This document shows, one piece after another, positions 39,086-48,330 of a stretch of 64,000 nucleotides of DNA. The notes beneath the pieces were generated by a model, which saw only the letters and a list, made by a program, of their open reading frames with translations, searched no databases and was not told the origin of the DNA. The stretch lies in IMG/VR virus record IMGVR_UViG_3300042938_001476, positions 4,966 to 68,965 of that record. One strand, given 5' to 3'. This stretch comes from a virus. Position numbers and translations under genes: made by a program. Positions within the stretch are counted from its first letter, which is position 1. Every line of letters begins with the position of its first letter.

Positions 39086-39348
39086 AGTGTGTATCCATTT
39101 TCTTTAGCCCAAGCTGGATTGTCATGGCATTTAGTATGGCAAAATCTACAGGTTGATAAGAAGGTGTCTTTATTACACAGGTTCTTTCCCCTCTTAGCCA
39201 TGTGGTGAATGTCTGTAGCATCGCATCCACAAATCTCGCAATATGGATTTAATGCGAAGTGTTCTTTCCTTGCCTGAGAATACTTGACGAGTTCTTTAGA
39301 GTGTCTTGCTGACACCTTGTTCATCCTACTTCTTCTTAACAGGGGCAT
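39082..39348 (-). CDS. HNH endonuclease
   Basis: CEICG..ATDIHH...G.N...CRFCHTKCH. Confidence 0.85.
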   Translation of the reverse strand: MPLLRRSRMNKVSARHSKELVKYSQARKEHFALNPYCEICGCDATDIHHMAKRGKNLCNKDTFLSTCRFCHTKCHDNPAWAKENGYTL

Positions 39349-39526
39349 AATAGCGTTCCATACTTTTTAGAGTTTCAAGGCATTCGCTATTCTCGATTGG
39401 CGAATGAACACACTTTGGAAATTCCTTTCCTCTCATGTGCATATCACCTAATTTGTTCAGCTTGAATGGAGAGACGAATATTCTCATCTCCCCATTCTCA
39501 AGGCCAATGAATGGAATCAAATCCAT
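39326..39526 (-). CDS. hypothetical protein
   Basis: 66 aa in a packed minus-strand operon. Confidence 0.5.
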   Translation of the reverse strand: MDLIPFIGLENGEMRIFVSPFKLNKLGDMHMRGKEFPKCVHSPIENSECLETLKSMERYYAPVKKK

Positions 39527-39527
39527 C

Positions 39528-39782
39528 CTACGAGTCCAGCTTTGACATTATGCTTTTTAACCATTGGTTTTTCTTTTTGGGTTTTGTTTTTTTAGAAGCA
39601 GGCTTACGAATTCTTTTCATTCTGTAAATGTCCGGTATTGGACTATCTTCAACATAGACTTCGTGTGTGATTGCTTGCTTGCAACAATACCTAATACGCC
39701 GGACAAAACAAACATTGTCTTTGGTTGTCAGAACGCGAGTGTCCTTAACCTCGGTATCCTTGCCGCATTCCTTACACTTCAT
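39528..39782 (-). CDS. NrdR-N-like zinc ribbon protein
   Basis: MKCKECG..TEVKDTR...RRIRYC...T.E. Confidence 0.7.
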   Translation of the reverse strand: MKCKECGKDTEVKDTRVLTTKDNVCFVRRIRYCCKQAITHEVYVEDSPIPDIYRMKRIRKPASKKTKPKKKNQWLKSIMSKLDS

Positions 39783-40224
39783 TTATGAATTTCTTTGCAT
39801 CTGCCATTAGATTCAATCTCCCAACAACATCGTCTACTGAATATGCGGGATGCTCAATTTGAAGAACAAGTAGTTTAACTAATAGCTTTGCCTCTTGCTG
39901 TAGTTCATCCTTATCTTTTACTGCTTTTAAGAATTTAGATAGAAGTGTTTTGCCTCCCTTACCATAAGACAATGCCTTCTCCAGTTCGTCTATACGATCA
40001 GAATCCTCTCTTGCGTTCTTGCGTAGAGACTTGATTACTCCAATGAGTTCATTGCGCTCACGCTCCAGTTCGCGGGTGTGTTGAAGCATAACTTCCAGAT
40101 AAATATAGTTACCTGGGTTTTCTGCCAATAGGGAATTGTAAAGCTCATCCGTATCTGGTGTGCTGGATGAGAAAAAAAACTGCGTTACAGGGGTATCGCC
40201 ACCTTTAACTATTTCAATTTTCAT
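39772..40224 (-). CDS. TPxTD/ERERxE coiled-coil family protein
   Basis: STPDTD...RELERERNE; ATGA-coupled with GGAGG SD. Confidence 0.6.
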   Translation of the reverse strand: MKIEIVKGGDTPVTQFFFSSSTPDTDELYNSLLAENPGNYIYLEVMLQHTRELERERNELIGVIKSLRKNAREDSDRIDELEKALSYGKGGKTLLSKFLKAVKDKDELQQEAKLLVKLLVLQIEHPAYSVDDVVGRLNLMADAKKFINEV

Positions 40225-40445
40225 TTCGCGCCCTCCTTGAGTTGCTCCCATGCGTTTCGGTAAAAGAGAACATCCGCCATGAGTACTTGGTTGGACTCCG
40301 ACATCTGCTGCGCCAAATCCCTCGCCTCGTCGCGTTCACGCTCCAACTTGCGGGCAAAGCTGGCTGTAACAACCTGCAATGGGATTGGGTTTGTTCTGAG
40401 CAGCCCTTCATGTTGTGCAGCATCTGTTTCTGGTGTCTCACTCAT
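40221..40445 (-). CDS. TPETD/ERERDEAR family protein
   Basis: MSETPETDA...ARKLERERDEAR...EGAK. Confidence 0.65.
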   Translation of the reverse strand: MSETPETDAAQHEGLLRTNPIPLQVVTASFARKLERERDEARDLAQQMSESNQVLMADVLFYRNAWEQLKEGAK

Positions 40446-40861
40446 TTCGCGCCCTCCCTATGGATCATTTTGATAATCTCTGCAATCGCTTCCTCTCGGT
40501 TGAATGACAGGGAGCAAATGCCCACATCCCTCCAGTGTCCGCAATAGAAGACTTGGTAGGTAAACCTCCGGCAATCATCTTCGGACTCGTCAAGATACCG
40601 GAATGGGAAGCCAAGGAACTTTGAGTATCCATTGGGATTCTCAACCATATCTCGCAACCTTGCAACCTCCCCCTGTGAAAGAGAGAGGTTATATACCAAA
40701 GACCGTATTTCAGCCCTGAGTGAGTCCATTTCGCATTGTGCGAGGAGGCTGTGATTTACTTCCAGCGGGACATCTTCTGGGCGAGGAATACTACGAAAGG
40801 TGAAATCTCCCACATATTCTGGCATCGTGTCTTCCATATTAGTCCTTTTTAAGTAGTTCAT
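40442..40861 (-). CDS. hypothetical protein
   Basis: 139-aa ORF ending EGAK, ATGA-coupled. Confidence 0.55.
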   Translation of the reverse strand: MNYLKRTNMEDTMPEYVGDFTFRSIPRPEDVPLEVNHSLLAQCEMDSLRAEIRSLVYNLSLSQGEVARLRDMVENPNGYSKFLGFPFRYLDESEDDCRRFTYQVFYCGHWRDVGICSLSFNREEAIAEIIKMIHREGAK

Positions 40862-41237
40862 CGATGATCTTTTCGGTTATTTCCTGGAGTGATGGGTAGC
40901 AAAGCATATTGAATGACTCACCGTGTTTCTTGATGAATGCCTGCCAGTCCTTGTGTTCTTCCTTGGTGAGTTTGATCTCCCGTGGTCTTGCTTCTCCGGC
41001 CTTGCGGACGATTTCCATCAGCTTGTCCTGCTTGTTATGCGCGGCAGCTTGGATTTCAGCCTTGTCTGGATAAACACATTGCCGAATGCTGGTGCAGCCT
41101 GGTGCTACCTTAACGAGCCAGTAACCCTCCTGTAGCCCAAAGTATGAGTTATCGTCCGTGACTTGGATATATCGCTTCCCTTGTTTGCGGTAGAGTATCT
41201 TTGACTCTACTTGTTTTATTCGTTGTTGTGCGTTCAT
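40839..41237 (-). CDS. hypothetical protein
   Basis: LYRKQGKRYI motif; ATG 41237 lies just after TTGACA-N17-CAAGAT (41275-41247). Confidence 0.6.
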   Translation of the reverse strand: MNAQQRIKQVESKILYRKQGKRYIQVTDDNSYFGLQEGYWLVKVAPGCTSIRQCVYPDKAEIQAAAHNKQDKLMEIVRKAGEARPREIKLTKEEHKDWQAFIKKHGESFNMLCYPSLQEITEKIIDELLKKD

Positions 41238-41340
41238 GCGAAATATATCTTGCACTAAATGTAGTGGCGTGTCAATATCTGTTTTCCATGAAACACACAT
41301 CACCCTCTCTATTGTTAAACAATAAACCAGAAAAACACTA

Positions 41341-42456
41341 ATGTGGATACTACCCAAAAACCTAACCTCTCACACATTTCCCTCTGCTTCGGATACGGAG
41401 GTATCGACCTCGGACTGCACAACATTTTTGGAGACAGACTACGACTCGCTGCTGTTTGCGAGATCGAAGCCTTTGCTCTGGAAAATGCTTTGTCGAAAAT
41501 GGAAGCAGGACTCATTCCTGCGGCTCCGATCTGGAATGATTTACGGACATTCCCTTGGGAAGAGTTTCAAAATGTCAGCTTGGTATCGGGAGGTTTTCCC
41601 TGCCAACCCTTCTCTGCTGCTGGAAAGCGAGATGGAGATCAAGACCCAAGACACCTCTTCCCATTCATCATTGATGGAATCAAACGATGCAGACCAGGAC
41701 TTGTTTTCTTGGAAAATGTCGAAGGAATCCTTTCAAGCAAACTTACTGGAGAAGGTTGGGCAGACCCAGCCGGAACGCCAGTTTTGCTCCATGTCCTTAG
41801 AGAGTTGGAACGGGTGGGTTACAAAGCAACGGCAGGAATATTCAGTGCGAGTGAAGTCGGCGCTCCCCACCAGCGCAAGCGGGTCTTCATCTTGGCCCAC
41901 AACAAGTGTGAGGGATCACAAGGGAGGATATTCGGGAGGGAGGATACGCAACGGGAAGCTCTCAATGGACACCTTGGATGTGGCGGTTCAAGCTGTGGAG
42001 TCTGGCCTTCACGCCCAGGTCAATCCCAATACGCGTGGGAACCACCAAGAACAACAAAGACAATGGCGAACTCCATCCGTAGCGGAGGAGAAAAACCAAA
42101 ACACCTCGACGCAAATCTACCTACAGAACCAAGTGGGGGCGACACCGAAAGCGTGGGCAACGCCTCAAGCGAGCGACTATATCGAGGGAGCGAGGACGGA
42201 GCTAACCAGCAATCAGAAATGCTTGGGGAGGGACATGAAGCAGTGGGCGACTCCGAGTGCAGCGAAACTGAATGCTCGCTGGGTGGAGATGCTTATGAAC
42301 CTTCCATTGGGGTGGGTATCTCCGAGTTGTCCGGTCTCAGTGATTCAGAACTGGCTGAAATTCGTGAGTGGATGGTTAAAACTGACAACAGAACCGACGA
42401 ACTCCGACTACTTGGAAACGGAGTCGTCCCGGCAACAGCAACCAGAGCTTTTCTGA
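41341..42456 (+). CDS. overlapping-frame methyltransferase partner (W.TP repeats plus motif IX)
   Basis: 371-codon ORF in another frame: WPTT, WRTP, WATP, WATP repeats and LNARWVEMLMNLPLGW; true start uncertain. Confidence 0.7.
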   Translation: MWILPKNLTSHTFPSASDTEVSTSDCTTFLETDYDSLLFARSKPLLWKMLCRKWKQDSFLRLRSGMIYGHSLGKSFKMSAWYREVFPANPSLLLESEMEIKTQDTSSHSSLMESNDADQDLFSWKMSKESFQANLLEKVGQTQPERQFCSMSLESWNGWVTKQRQEYSVRVKSALPTSASGSSSWPTTSVRDHKGGYSGGRIRNGKLSMDTLDVAVQAVESGLHAQVNPNTRGNHQEQQRQWRTPSVAEEKNQNTSTQIYLQNQVGATPKAWATPQASDYIEGARTELTSNQKCLGRDMKQWATPSAAKLNARWVEMLMNLPLGWVSPSCPVSVIQNWLKFVSGWLKLTTEPTNSDYLETESSRQQQPELF

Positions 42457-42482
42457 CTCTATTGGAGAAACTAAACGGGTGA
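41343..42482 (+). CDS. DNA (cytosine-5)-methyltransferase, catalytic frame
   Basis: Motif I LCFGYGG, IV GGFPCQPFS, VI LENV, VIII HQRKRVF, X LGNGVV. Confidence 0.9.
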   Translation: MDTTQKPNLSHISLCFGYGGIDLGLHNIFGDRLRLAAVCEIEAFALENALSKMEAGLIPAAPIWNDLRTFPWEEFQNVSLVSGGFPCQPFSAAGKRDGDQDPRHLFPFIIDGIKRCRPGLVFLENVEGILSSKLTGEGWADPAGTPVLLHVLRELERVGYKATAGIFSASEVGAPHQRKRVFILAHNKCEGSQGRIFGREDTQREALNGHLGCGGSSCGVWPSRPGQSQYAWEPPRTTKTMANSIRSGGEKPKHLDANLPTEPSGGDTESVGNASSERLYRGSEDGANQQSEMLGEGHEAVGDSECSETECSLGGDAYEPSIGVGISELSGLSDSELAEIREWMVKTDNRTDELRLLGNGVVPATATRAFLTLLEKLNG

Positions 42483-42651
42483 AAAAGAATATTCCATGCT
42501 GGGAACCCTGCGATTCCTGTGAAGATTACATATGCAACATACACAAAGAGCATGTGCATGATTGCGAGTGTGAGCCAATAGACTGGTGGGAAGAGCATGG
42601 AATGTATCCATACCAAACAACAGTAAAAGAATACTTCCTAAAAATAACCAA

Positions 42652-42834
42652 ATGACAAACGAACAAAAAATATGGCTTGCACTTCAGTCTGCAAAGACCG
42701 ATATTATCCTCGCAATTGCCGACTACAAGAAGCCGAACCACACAGCTTGCATGGACTGGGTAGACCAAGCCACAACGAGATTGATGGAAGCTTATGGTCT
42801 TCTTGAAGAAGACAAGGGTGGATACGAACTTTAG
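42652..42834 (+). CDS. hypothetical protein
   Basis: 60-aa ORF with A/C-rich leader. Confidence 0.45.
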   Translation: MTNEQKIWLALQSAKTDIILAIADYKKPNHTACMDWVDQATTRLMEAYGLLEEDKGGYEL

Positions 42835-42960
42835 AATTTGAGATGCAATAACGTGGTATTGTGGCGGATTGAAACCCTTGGCAGGGCTTGATCTGGTTAG
42901 GAATAACGCCATCCTCGCAATCACATAAAACGAGGACTCTCAATTATTGTTAAACAATAG

Positions 42961-43124
42961 TTGACTCTGCACTCAGGCAGTGTAGTGTTCAATCCGCTGT
43001 AGGAATACAGCCATTCGCGTGAGAACGAATGCAACACAAGATTAAATTGAAACAATAAATATATCGATACCCTTCCGTAGATCATTCTCACCCGTCATTT
43101 CAACGGTCTTGTGCTACGGGAGGG
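42961..43124 (+). promoter_or_regulatory. promoter plus structured leader of the replication initiator
   Basis: TTGACT-N16-TAGTGT; hairpins gctgta-GGAA-tacagc, cattcg/cgaatg, cccttccgtag/ctacgggaggg. Confidence 0.6.
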
Positions 43125-43139
43125 GTCGTCCCTCGTAAT

Positions 43140-44006
43140 ATGAATGAGTCAAAAAAAGAATTTCGTGGAGTTTGGATTCGCGCAAGCCTTTGGAGGAGGA
43201 AAGACCTTACTTGGTTTGAAAAGTGTCTTATCGCAGAGATTGATTGTTTCGCTAACAATTGTTTTGCGAGCAATGCGTATCTTGCGGAAATGATGAATAC
43301 AACAGAATCCAGGTTATCAAATGCATTGAGTAAGCTTCGCAGTATGGGGCTAATTATTGATGCTGGTTTCAATGGAAGGGTTCGTCAGATTTTGGTTGCT
43401 GATAATGTATCTTCAGACCCAAAAATCCATAATCCAACAGAGAAAATAATAAACAAAGACTTCACACAGGTGTTAACTCAGCCTTCACCTATATGTGAAG
43501 GCAGGATTCACACAGAGGTGAACATAGATACTAATAGAGAACAAAGCATAGAAAATACCCCTATAATCCCCTCAAAGGGGATAGTGTCTGAATTTGAAAC
43601 TTTCTACTCAACCTACCCTCGCAAGGTTTCCAAAACCAATGCCGAGAAGGCATGGAAGAAACAGAGGTGTGTTCTCTCCGAAGTCATGCCATCCCTTCAA
43701 AAGCAAATGAAGCTCTGGACTGATCCTCAGTTTATTCCCCACCCTGCGACATGGCTAAACGGAAGGCGCTGGGAAGACGAAACACCTAAATCAATACCAT
43801 CACACCAGAACACATATAAAACACACTCTAACGCCAACCTCGCGCAAAAGAAGCGCAACTGGTATGACATCTGTGAAGAGCGTGGAGAGCGTGAAGCATT
43901 CAAAACTTGGGTCACAACGAACAGACCGGAGGAATGGTGTGATTACCTTCCATCAATGGACACTCGTTGGTGGATCGAATTTTCTGATAGACCTGTAGAG
44001 TTTTAG
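43140..44006 (+). CDS. replication initiator / replisome organizer
   Basis: N-terminal wHTH (CFASNAYLAE...LSKLRSMGLI); C-terminal FETFYSTYPRK..K..A.KAW and IPHPATWLNGRRWEDE. Confidence 0.85.
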   Translation: MNESKKEFRGVWIRASLWRRKDLTWFEKCLIAEIDCFANNCFASNAYLAEMMNTTESRLSNALSKLRSMGLIIDAGFNGRVRQILVADNVSSDPKIHNPTEKIINKDFTQVLTQPSPICEGRIHTEVNIDTNREQSIENTPIIPSKGIVSEFETFYSTYPRKVSKTNAEKAWKKQRCVLSEVMPSLQKQMKLWTDPQFIPHPATWLNGRRWEDETPKSIPSHQNTYKTHSNANLAQKKRNWYDICEERGEREAFKTWVTTNRPEEWCDYLPSMDTRWWIEFSDRPVEF

Positions 44007-44258
44007 TGCTACAATACCGAACCCATGTATCACCTAAAGCTCGCTTGGCTTTACATCAAACGCGAATATTATGTCGCTCAATATGTCTGGAATGAACTGA
44101 AGATTTCAATCCTAACTTTATTTCTAAAATGAGAGAGTTTCTTATAATGATATTAATCGCATTCGCATTCGGATGCACAATTTCCGCTTGGCAACGGGCA
44201 TCCAAGCCGGACTTCACAATCTGCCCGCTCTGCAATCAACACACAAAATAACACACAC

Positions 44259-45023
44259 ATGAAAGAATCAGGTCACTACTACGATAGAAACGGGAATGCG
44301 GTATTCCAAGTTCCAAACAAATCAAAAGGCGGAATGCGATATACAACGCTCAAGGATTGTAAATCTTTGAACCTGTACCCAAGTGTAACCACTATATTTA
44401 AGGTTCTCGCCGCACCGGAGCTTGATCGATGGAAACAACAGCAGGTTCTGATGGCAAGCATGACACTGCCTCGCAATCCAGGCGAGGACGATGAATCATA
44501 TTGTTCGCGCATTATGGAAGATGCCTTCAAGCAAGTTTCGGATGCCGCTGATCTTGGAACAAACATCCACAAGGCACTGGAGAATCACTTCCAAGGACTG
44601 CCATACGATCCAATCATGGAGGAATATGTTGCTCCCGTAAAAAAATGGGTGGATCACAATCGAGTTAAGTTCCTCCAGCATGAGTTGCGCTTGGTCAATG
44701 CAGAGGTTGGCTATGCCGGAACCACAGACGCACTCATTGAGAAAGATGGAGTGCTGTATGTTTTGGACTACAAGAGCCGCAAAACAAAACCGGAATACGA
44801 AGTCAAGCCATGGAGCAAAGAGCCAATGCAGATTGCAGCCTACGCTCATGTCACAGAAGCAAAGCGTGGAGTCAATCTCTACATCAGCACTACAGAACCT
44901 GGGCGTATCGGTGAGGCATGGTATGACGAGAAGACTCTTGCAGATAATTACAATGCGTTTACACATGTCTGTAAGTATTGGCAGTTTGCTAATGGATATG
45001 TTCCTCCGAGTGGAAAGGTCTAA
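44259..45023 (+). CDS. PD-(D/E)XK exonuclease
   Basis: YPSVTTI, GT.IH..LE, YAGTTDA, LDYKS, QIAAY. Confidence 0.85.
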   Translation: MKESGHYYDRNGNAVFQVPNKSKGGMRYTTLKDCKSLNLYPSVTTIFKVLAAPELDRWKQQQVLMASMTLPRNPGEDDESYCSRIMEDAFKQVSDAADLGTNIHKALENHFQGLPYDPIMEEYVAPVKKWVDHNRVKFLQHELRLVNAEVGYAGTTDALIEKDGVLYVLDYKSRKTKPEYEVKPWSKEPMQIAAYAHVTEAKRGVNLYISTTEPGRIGEAWYDEKTLADNYNAFTHVCKYWQFANGYVPPSGKV

Positions 45024-45042
45024 AAAAAAAGAAAACTTTTTA

Positions 45043-45070
45043 TTGACCACAGATCAAAGATCACTATAAT
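45043..45070 (+). promoter_or_regulatory. sigma70-like promoter
   Basis: TTGACC-N16-TATAAT with upstream A tract, 9 nt before ATG 45080. Confidence 0.7.
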
Positions 45071-45079
45071 AAAGTTCGC

Positions 45080-45802
45080 ATGAACACACAATCAGACAAC
45101 ATCGGTGAACTTGCCACCGCATTAGCAAAAGCGCAAGGAGAGGTAGGAACAGTTACGAAGGATTCAGCTAATCCTTTTTTCAAATCAAACTACGCATCGT
45201 TGGCAGCAGTATGGGAAGCAACTCGTCCCATTCTGTCAAAGCATCAACTAAGCGTAGTCCAGATGCCAAGCTCTGATGAGCGTGGATACTATGTCGAAAC
45301 CCAGTTGATGCACTCATCGGGTCAGTGGATTCGTAGCCGGACATACATGAAACCAGTCAAGGATGACCCGCAAGGCATCGGTTCGCTGATCAGCTATGCT
45401 CGTCGCTACGCACTCCAAGCAGTCACCATGATTTGCCCAGATGACGATGATGGGGAAGTTGCAATGGGTCGTACTGCTCCACAGAAGCCCGTGGAAGCAC
45501 CGAAACCCGTAGTGAAGGTGGAGACACCCAAGGTAAAGGTAGCCAAGCCTGCGGAACCAGCAAAGGAAGCTGAAGAGAAGTCCAAGTTCAATGGTTCTTC
45601 TCACCAAGAACTCTTCCAAAAACTAATGGAAGCTGGCATCACACAAAATGATTTTATGGCGGCACTTCGTCACGCTGGAACAATCCCAGTAAACGCCACG
45701 GATTTCTTTCTTATGAAAGAAGCAACCGCTCAAAAATTCTTGAGCGAACTAACCACAACGATGGGAGTTGTCCGTGAATGGGTAGCTCTCGTCAAACCCT
45801 AA
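45080..45802 (+). CDS. erf: ERF-family single-strand annealing protein
   Basis: KDSANPFFKSNYASL, LMHSSGQW, PQGIGSLISYARRYAL, DDDG. Confidence 0.9.
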   Translation: MNTQSDNIGELATALAKAQGEVGTVTKDSANPFFKSNYASLAAVWEATRPILSKHQLSVVQMPSSDERGYYVETQLMHSSGQWIRSRTYMKPVKDDPQGIGSLISYARRYALQAVTMICPDDDDGEVAMGRTAPQKPVEAPKPVVKVETPKVKVAKPAEPAKEAEEKSKFNGSSHQELFQKLMEAGITQNDFMAALRHAGTIPVNATDFFLMKEATAQKFLSELTTTMGVVREWVALVKP

Positions 45803-45808
45803 TAATAT

Positions 45809-46033
45809 ATGCCGGAATACGATAACACAAACTCAGGCGCTCTCTTCACTAACGTAAAGAAGAGCGAAAAACAACCAGACTTCAAAGGCAAACTCAATGT
45901 CGATGGAAAAGACTGGGAGATCGCAGCATGGAACCGCACCAGTCAGGCTGGAAAGCAATTCCTTTCGCTCAAGGTGTCAGTGCCTTACGCGAAAGATACT
46001 TCAAAGGATACTGACATCAATCAGGACTTCTAA
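45809..46033 (+). CDS. small SSB-like protein
   Basis: DNTNSGALF..K..KQPD..G...AAW...GK.FLSL; acidic tail ending DF; follows ERF. Confidence 0.65.
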   Translation: MPEYDNTNSGALFTNVKKSEKQPDFKGKLNVDGKDWEIAAWNRTSQAGKQFLSLKVSVPYAKDTSKDTDINQDF

Positions 46034-46043
46034 TTCGGTTGGT

Positions 46044-46082
46044 GGGGGCAGCGAGGTTCTATGGTTTGTCCTCGTTGCCCCC
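46044..46082 (+). terminator. GC-rich hairpin, possible terminator
   Basis: gggggcagcgagg/cctcgttgccccc 13-bp stem; weak U tract. Confidence 0.55.
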
Positions 46083-46092
46083 TTAAACTACT

Positions 46093-46239
46093 ATGAAAAA
46101 ATATCCAGTACTTGGGGTTATCCTTCCCGACAAGGTAAAAAAAGAACTTCGTAAACGCTCAACAAAAAACGGGCGCTCAATGTCAACTGAAGCTGCAAGA
46201 ATCATCGCCAAAGAACTTGGCATGGAAGATGCTGAATAG
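46093..46239 (+). CDS. Arc-like ribbon-helix-helix regulator (48 aa; not in ORF track)
   Basis: MKKYPVLGVILPDKVKKELRKRSTKNGRSMSTEAARII resembles P22 Arc (..ENGRSVNSEI). Confidence 0.75.
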   Translation: MKKYPVLGVILPDKVKKELRKRSTKNGRSMSTEAARIIAKELGMEDAE

Positions 46240-46247
46240 GTAGAGCA

Positions 46248-47318
46248 ATGAACACACCAACACTAAAGGGACAATTCAATACACCCAAAGGAATCATAAC
46301 ACGCGAGCAACTTTCGGAAATGCTTGCAGGTAAATACAAGGTAGATATTAAAACCGCATCAAAGCTCATCTCAATCTGTGAGCGAGATGATGAGTTGCAC
46401 GAAGATGCTCCAAACAATCACTTTGCGCTCTTGGAAGAGGCTTGTGCTATCATTCAGTTTGATCGTGGAGATATTGACGCTAAAGAACTTAAAATGACTA
46501 TTGTTAAACAAGAATTTGCAGAAGGAACTGAAGAATCAATCCTTGAGGCTGCGCTGAATACTCGCCTTGATAATGGATACAGCAAGCTATCGGAACGCTA
46601 TGATTTCGGTGAGTTTATGACTCAGTTCAAGCCAAAGGATGGCGTTGTTCCCACACCAGAAGACTATGCTGCAGCTATCGGCCTCGGTGTTGATATGTCA
46701 AGCAAAGGAATGTGGCTCGCTGGAGACGGCATCCGTTATCTGTATGCAACTGGGCATGAGAATGTTCTGACGCAGATCGCATCGAGTTTGAAAATGTCCT
46801 ACAGCCATGTAAGCAACTGGCATCGCGCTGCATCTCGCATTCCAGCGCATCTACGCAATGAAATTAGTCCCACTGTAGCCGTTGAGATCGCTACTGCTAA
46901 GTTCTCAGATGATGAACAAGAGAACAATCGCAAAGTTGTGCAACTCGTTGAGCAAGCGAGGAAAGAGAAGTGGTCATGCCAAGAGGCTCGTTCTCATGTT
47001 CGCGCAGAGAAGGGTGGGGCAGCAGAGAAGCCAGTAAAACTATCGTGGGTTCAAGAGTTTGGTGGACAAGAAGAACTACTTGTAATTGCTTGCCAATGGT
47101 CAATCGGTGGCGGCGCAGGAGACTTGGACATGTATCATTTTGTTACAAAGTTGGTGAAAATTTTCCATCGTCTGTCTGAAACTGCACAGAGTGCAATCAG
47201 GTTGGTTATCAATGACCGCATCAAGCAACATGGTTCTCTGGAGAAATCCGGCAAAGCAGGGTTGTTTGATGACGATACCCTACAAGAGTTGCTCAAAATT
47301 GCGATGAATGCCAAATGA
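46248..47318 (+). CDS. putative DNA-binding protein with LmbU-like region
   Basis: WLAGDG...SYSHVSNW..A.RIP...IS....EIA...A....WS....R pattern. Confidence 0.5.
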   Translation: MNTPTLKGQFNTPKGIITREQLSEMLAGKYKVDIKTASKLISICERDDELHEDAPNNHFALLEEACAIIQFDRGDIDAKELKMTIVKQEFAEGTEESILEAALNTRLDNGYSKLSERYDFGEFMTQFKPKDGVVPTPEDYAAAIGLGVDMSSKGMWLAGDGIRYLYATGHENVLTQIASSLKMSYSHVSNWHRAASRIPAHLRNEISPTVAVEIATAKFSDDEQENNRKVVQLVEQARKEKWSCQEARSHVRAEKGGAAEKPVKLSWVQEFGGQEELLVIACQWSIGGGAGDLDMYHFVTKLVKIFHRLSETAQSAIRLVINDRIKQHGSLEKSGKAGLFDDDTLQELLKIAMNAK

Positions 47319-47560
47319 AAAAGCTTTATCCGAGATGCTACCAGATTGGAGTTAGTGTTATCGAGAGTCCGATCCACCATGTTAACAGGGATGAATTAAA
47401 CAAGTGTTTGGTAAAGGCAAACTTGAATCCTGATACTTATGTGGAACTTTTTGGTGTGCAAACACAAATTCTGCAAGGCCCATACGCATGGGATGTTGAG
47501 GCTGTCCTTGAACGAATGATGAGCGGAAAGCTCACCGGAACTCAGTTATTCATGGACTAA
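47315..47560 (+). CDS. hypothetical protein
   Basis: 81 aa, ATGA-coupled. Confidence 0.55.
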   Translation: MKKLYPRCYQIGVSVIESPIHHVNRDELNKCLVKANLNPDTYVELFGVQTQILQGPYAWDVEAVLERMMSGKLTGTQLFMD

Positions 47561-47561
47561 T

Positions 47562-48176
47562 ATGCATTACGCACTAAACGCACCAGTACCCCAACACATC
47601 TACGGATATGTTGAGAAGCGAATCCTATTCGGCCTTGAGGATGTTAAAGGATATGAGCCATGTGTTATAACAGGTGTTACATCAATACCTGGGCGAGCGA
47701 TTCACTTCTCCATCCTCTGCGAGAGTGGAGCGCAATGGGCAAGGATTCCGATTCATTGTGTGTTCCATGAGTTGCCGTGCGGCGATCAGAAGCCCGCCTA
47801 CGAGCTTTTTGATCTTCAGGTGTGGGATTGTATGGGATTAGAATTTAGCGTTGTCCAATACACCTATTTCCGAGAGGTGGCATGCACTTTCCTAAACAGG
47901 GATGGCGAGAGTGTTGACGCGCAATACTGGTTCACCCTGGATCACACTGACAATGGTTTCAGCCTATCACCGACACAGCACAAATGTTTTCACCTTTTGA
48001 AATGTACTGATGGGTCAGGACAGATTGCAGCTATGCCCAACAACCGGATTTTGTGGCATGATCCCTCATTCGTTAAGCGTGAAGAGCCTCCCCAATACAA
48101 AGTGATGGCGAATGTTACTTGGCATGCAGAGCAGCAATACATTGACAATCCGCACGATACAGCATTTACTGAATAA
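47562..48176 (+). CDS. conserved phage protein of unknown function
   Basis: SIPGRA, LQVWDC, HKC.H, AAMPNNRI.W.D motifs familiar from aquatic phages. Confidence 0.7.
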   Translation: MHYALNAPVPQHIYGYVEKRILFGLEDVKGYEPCVITGVTSIPGRAIHFSILCESGAQWARIPIHCVFHELPCGDQKPAYELFDLQVWDCMGLEFSVVQYTYFREVACTFLNRDGESVDAQYWFTLDHTDNGFSLSPTQHKCFHLLKCTDGSGQIAAMPNNRILWHDPSFVKREEPPQYKVMANVTWHAEQQYIDNPHDTAFTE

Positions 48177-48330
48177 AAATTATGGCAAAAAAAGACTACT
48201 ACGATGATCCAGAAGAATACTGGAGAGACAAACAGGATCAAAAAGAACGCGATGGCCGAGAGCGCATGCAACGATGGGAAAGGCAGAATCCCAATCATGT
48301 TTATGGGCATCCAACCCCAAAAGAAGAGTA

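Noticed and set aside
44259-45023. Cas4 / CRISPR-associated role
   Set aside because: Lacks the Cas4 Fe-S cysteine cluster; sits beside ERF and SSB as an ordinary recombination exonuclease.
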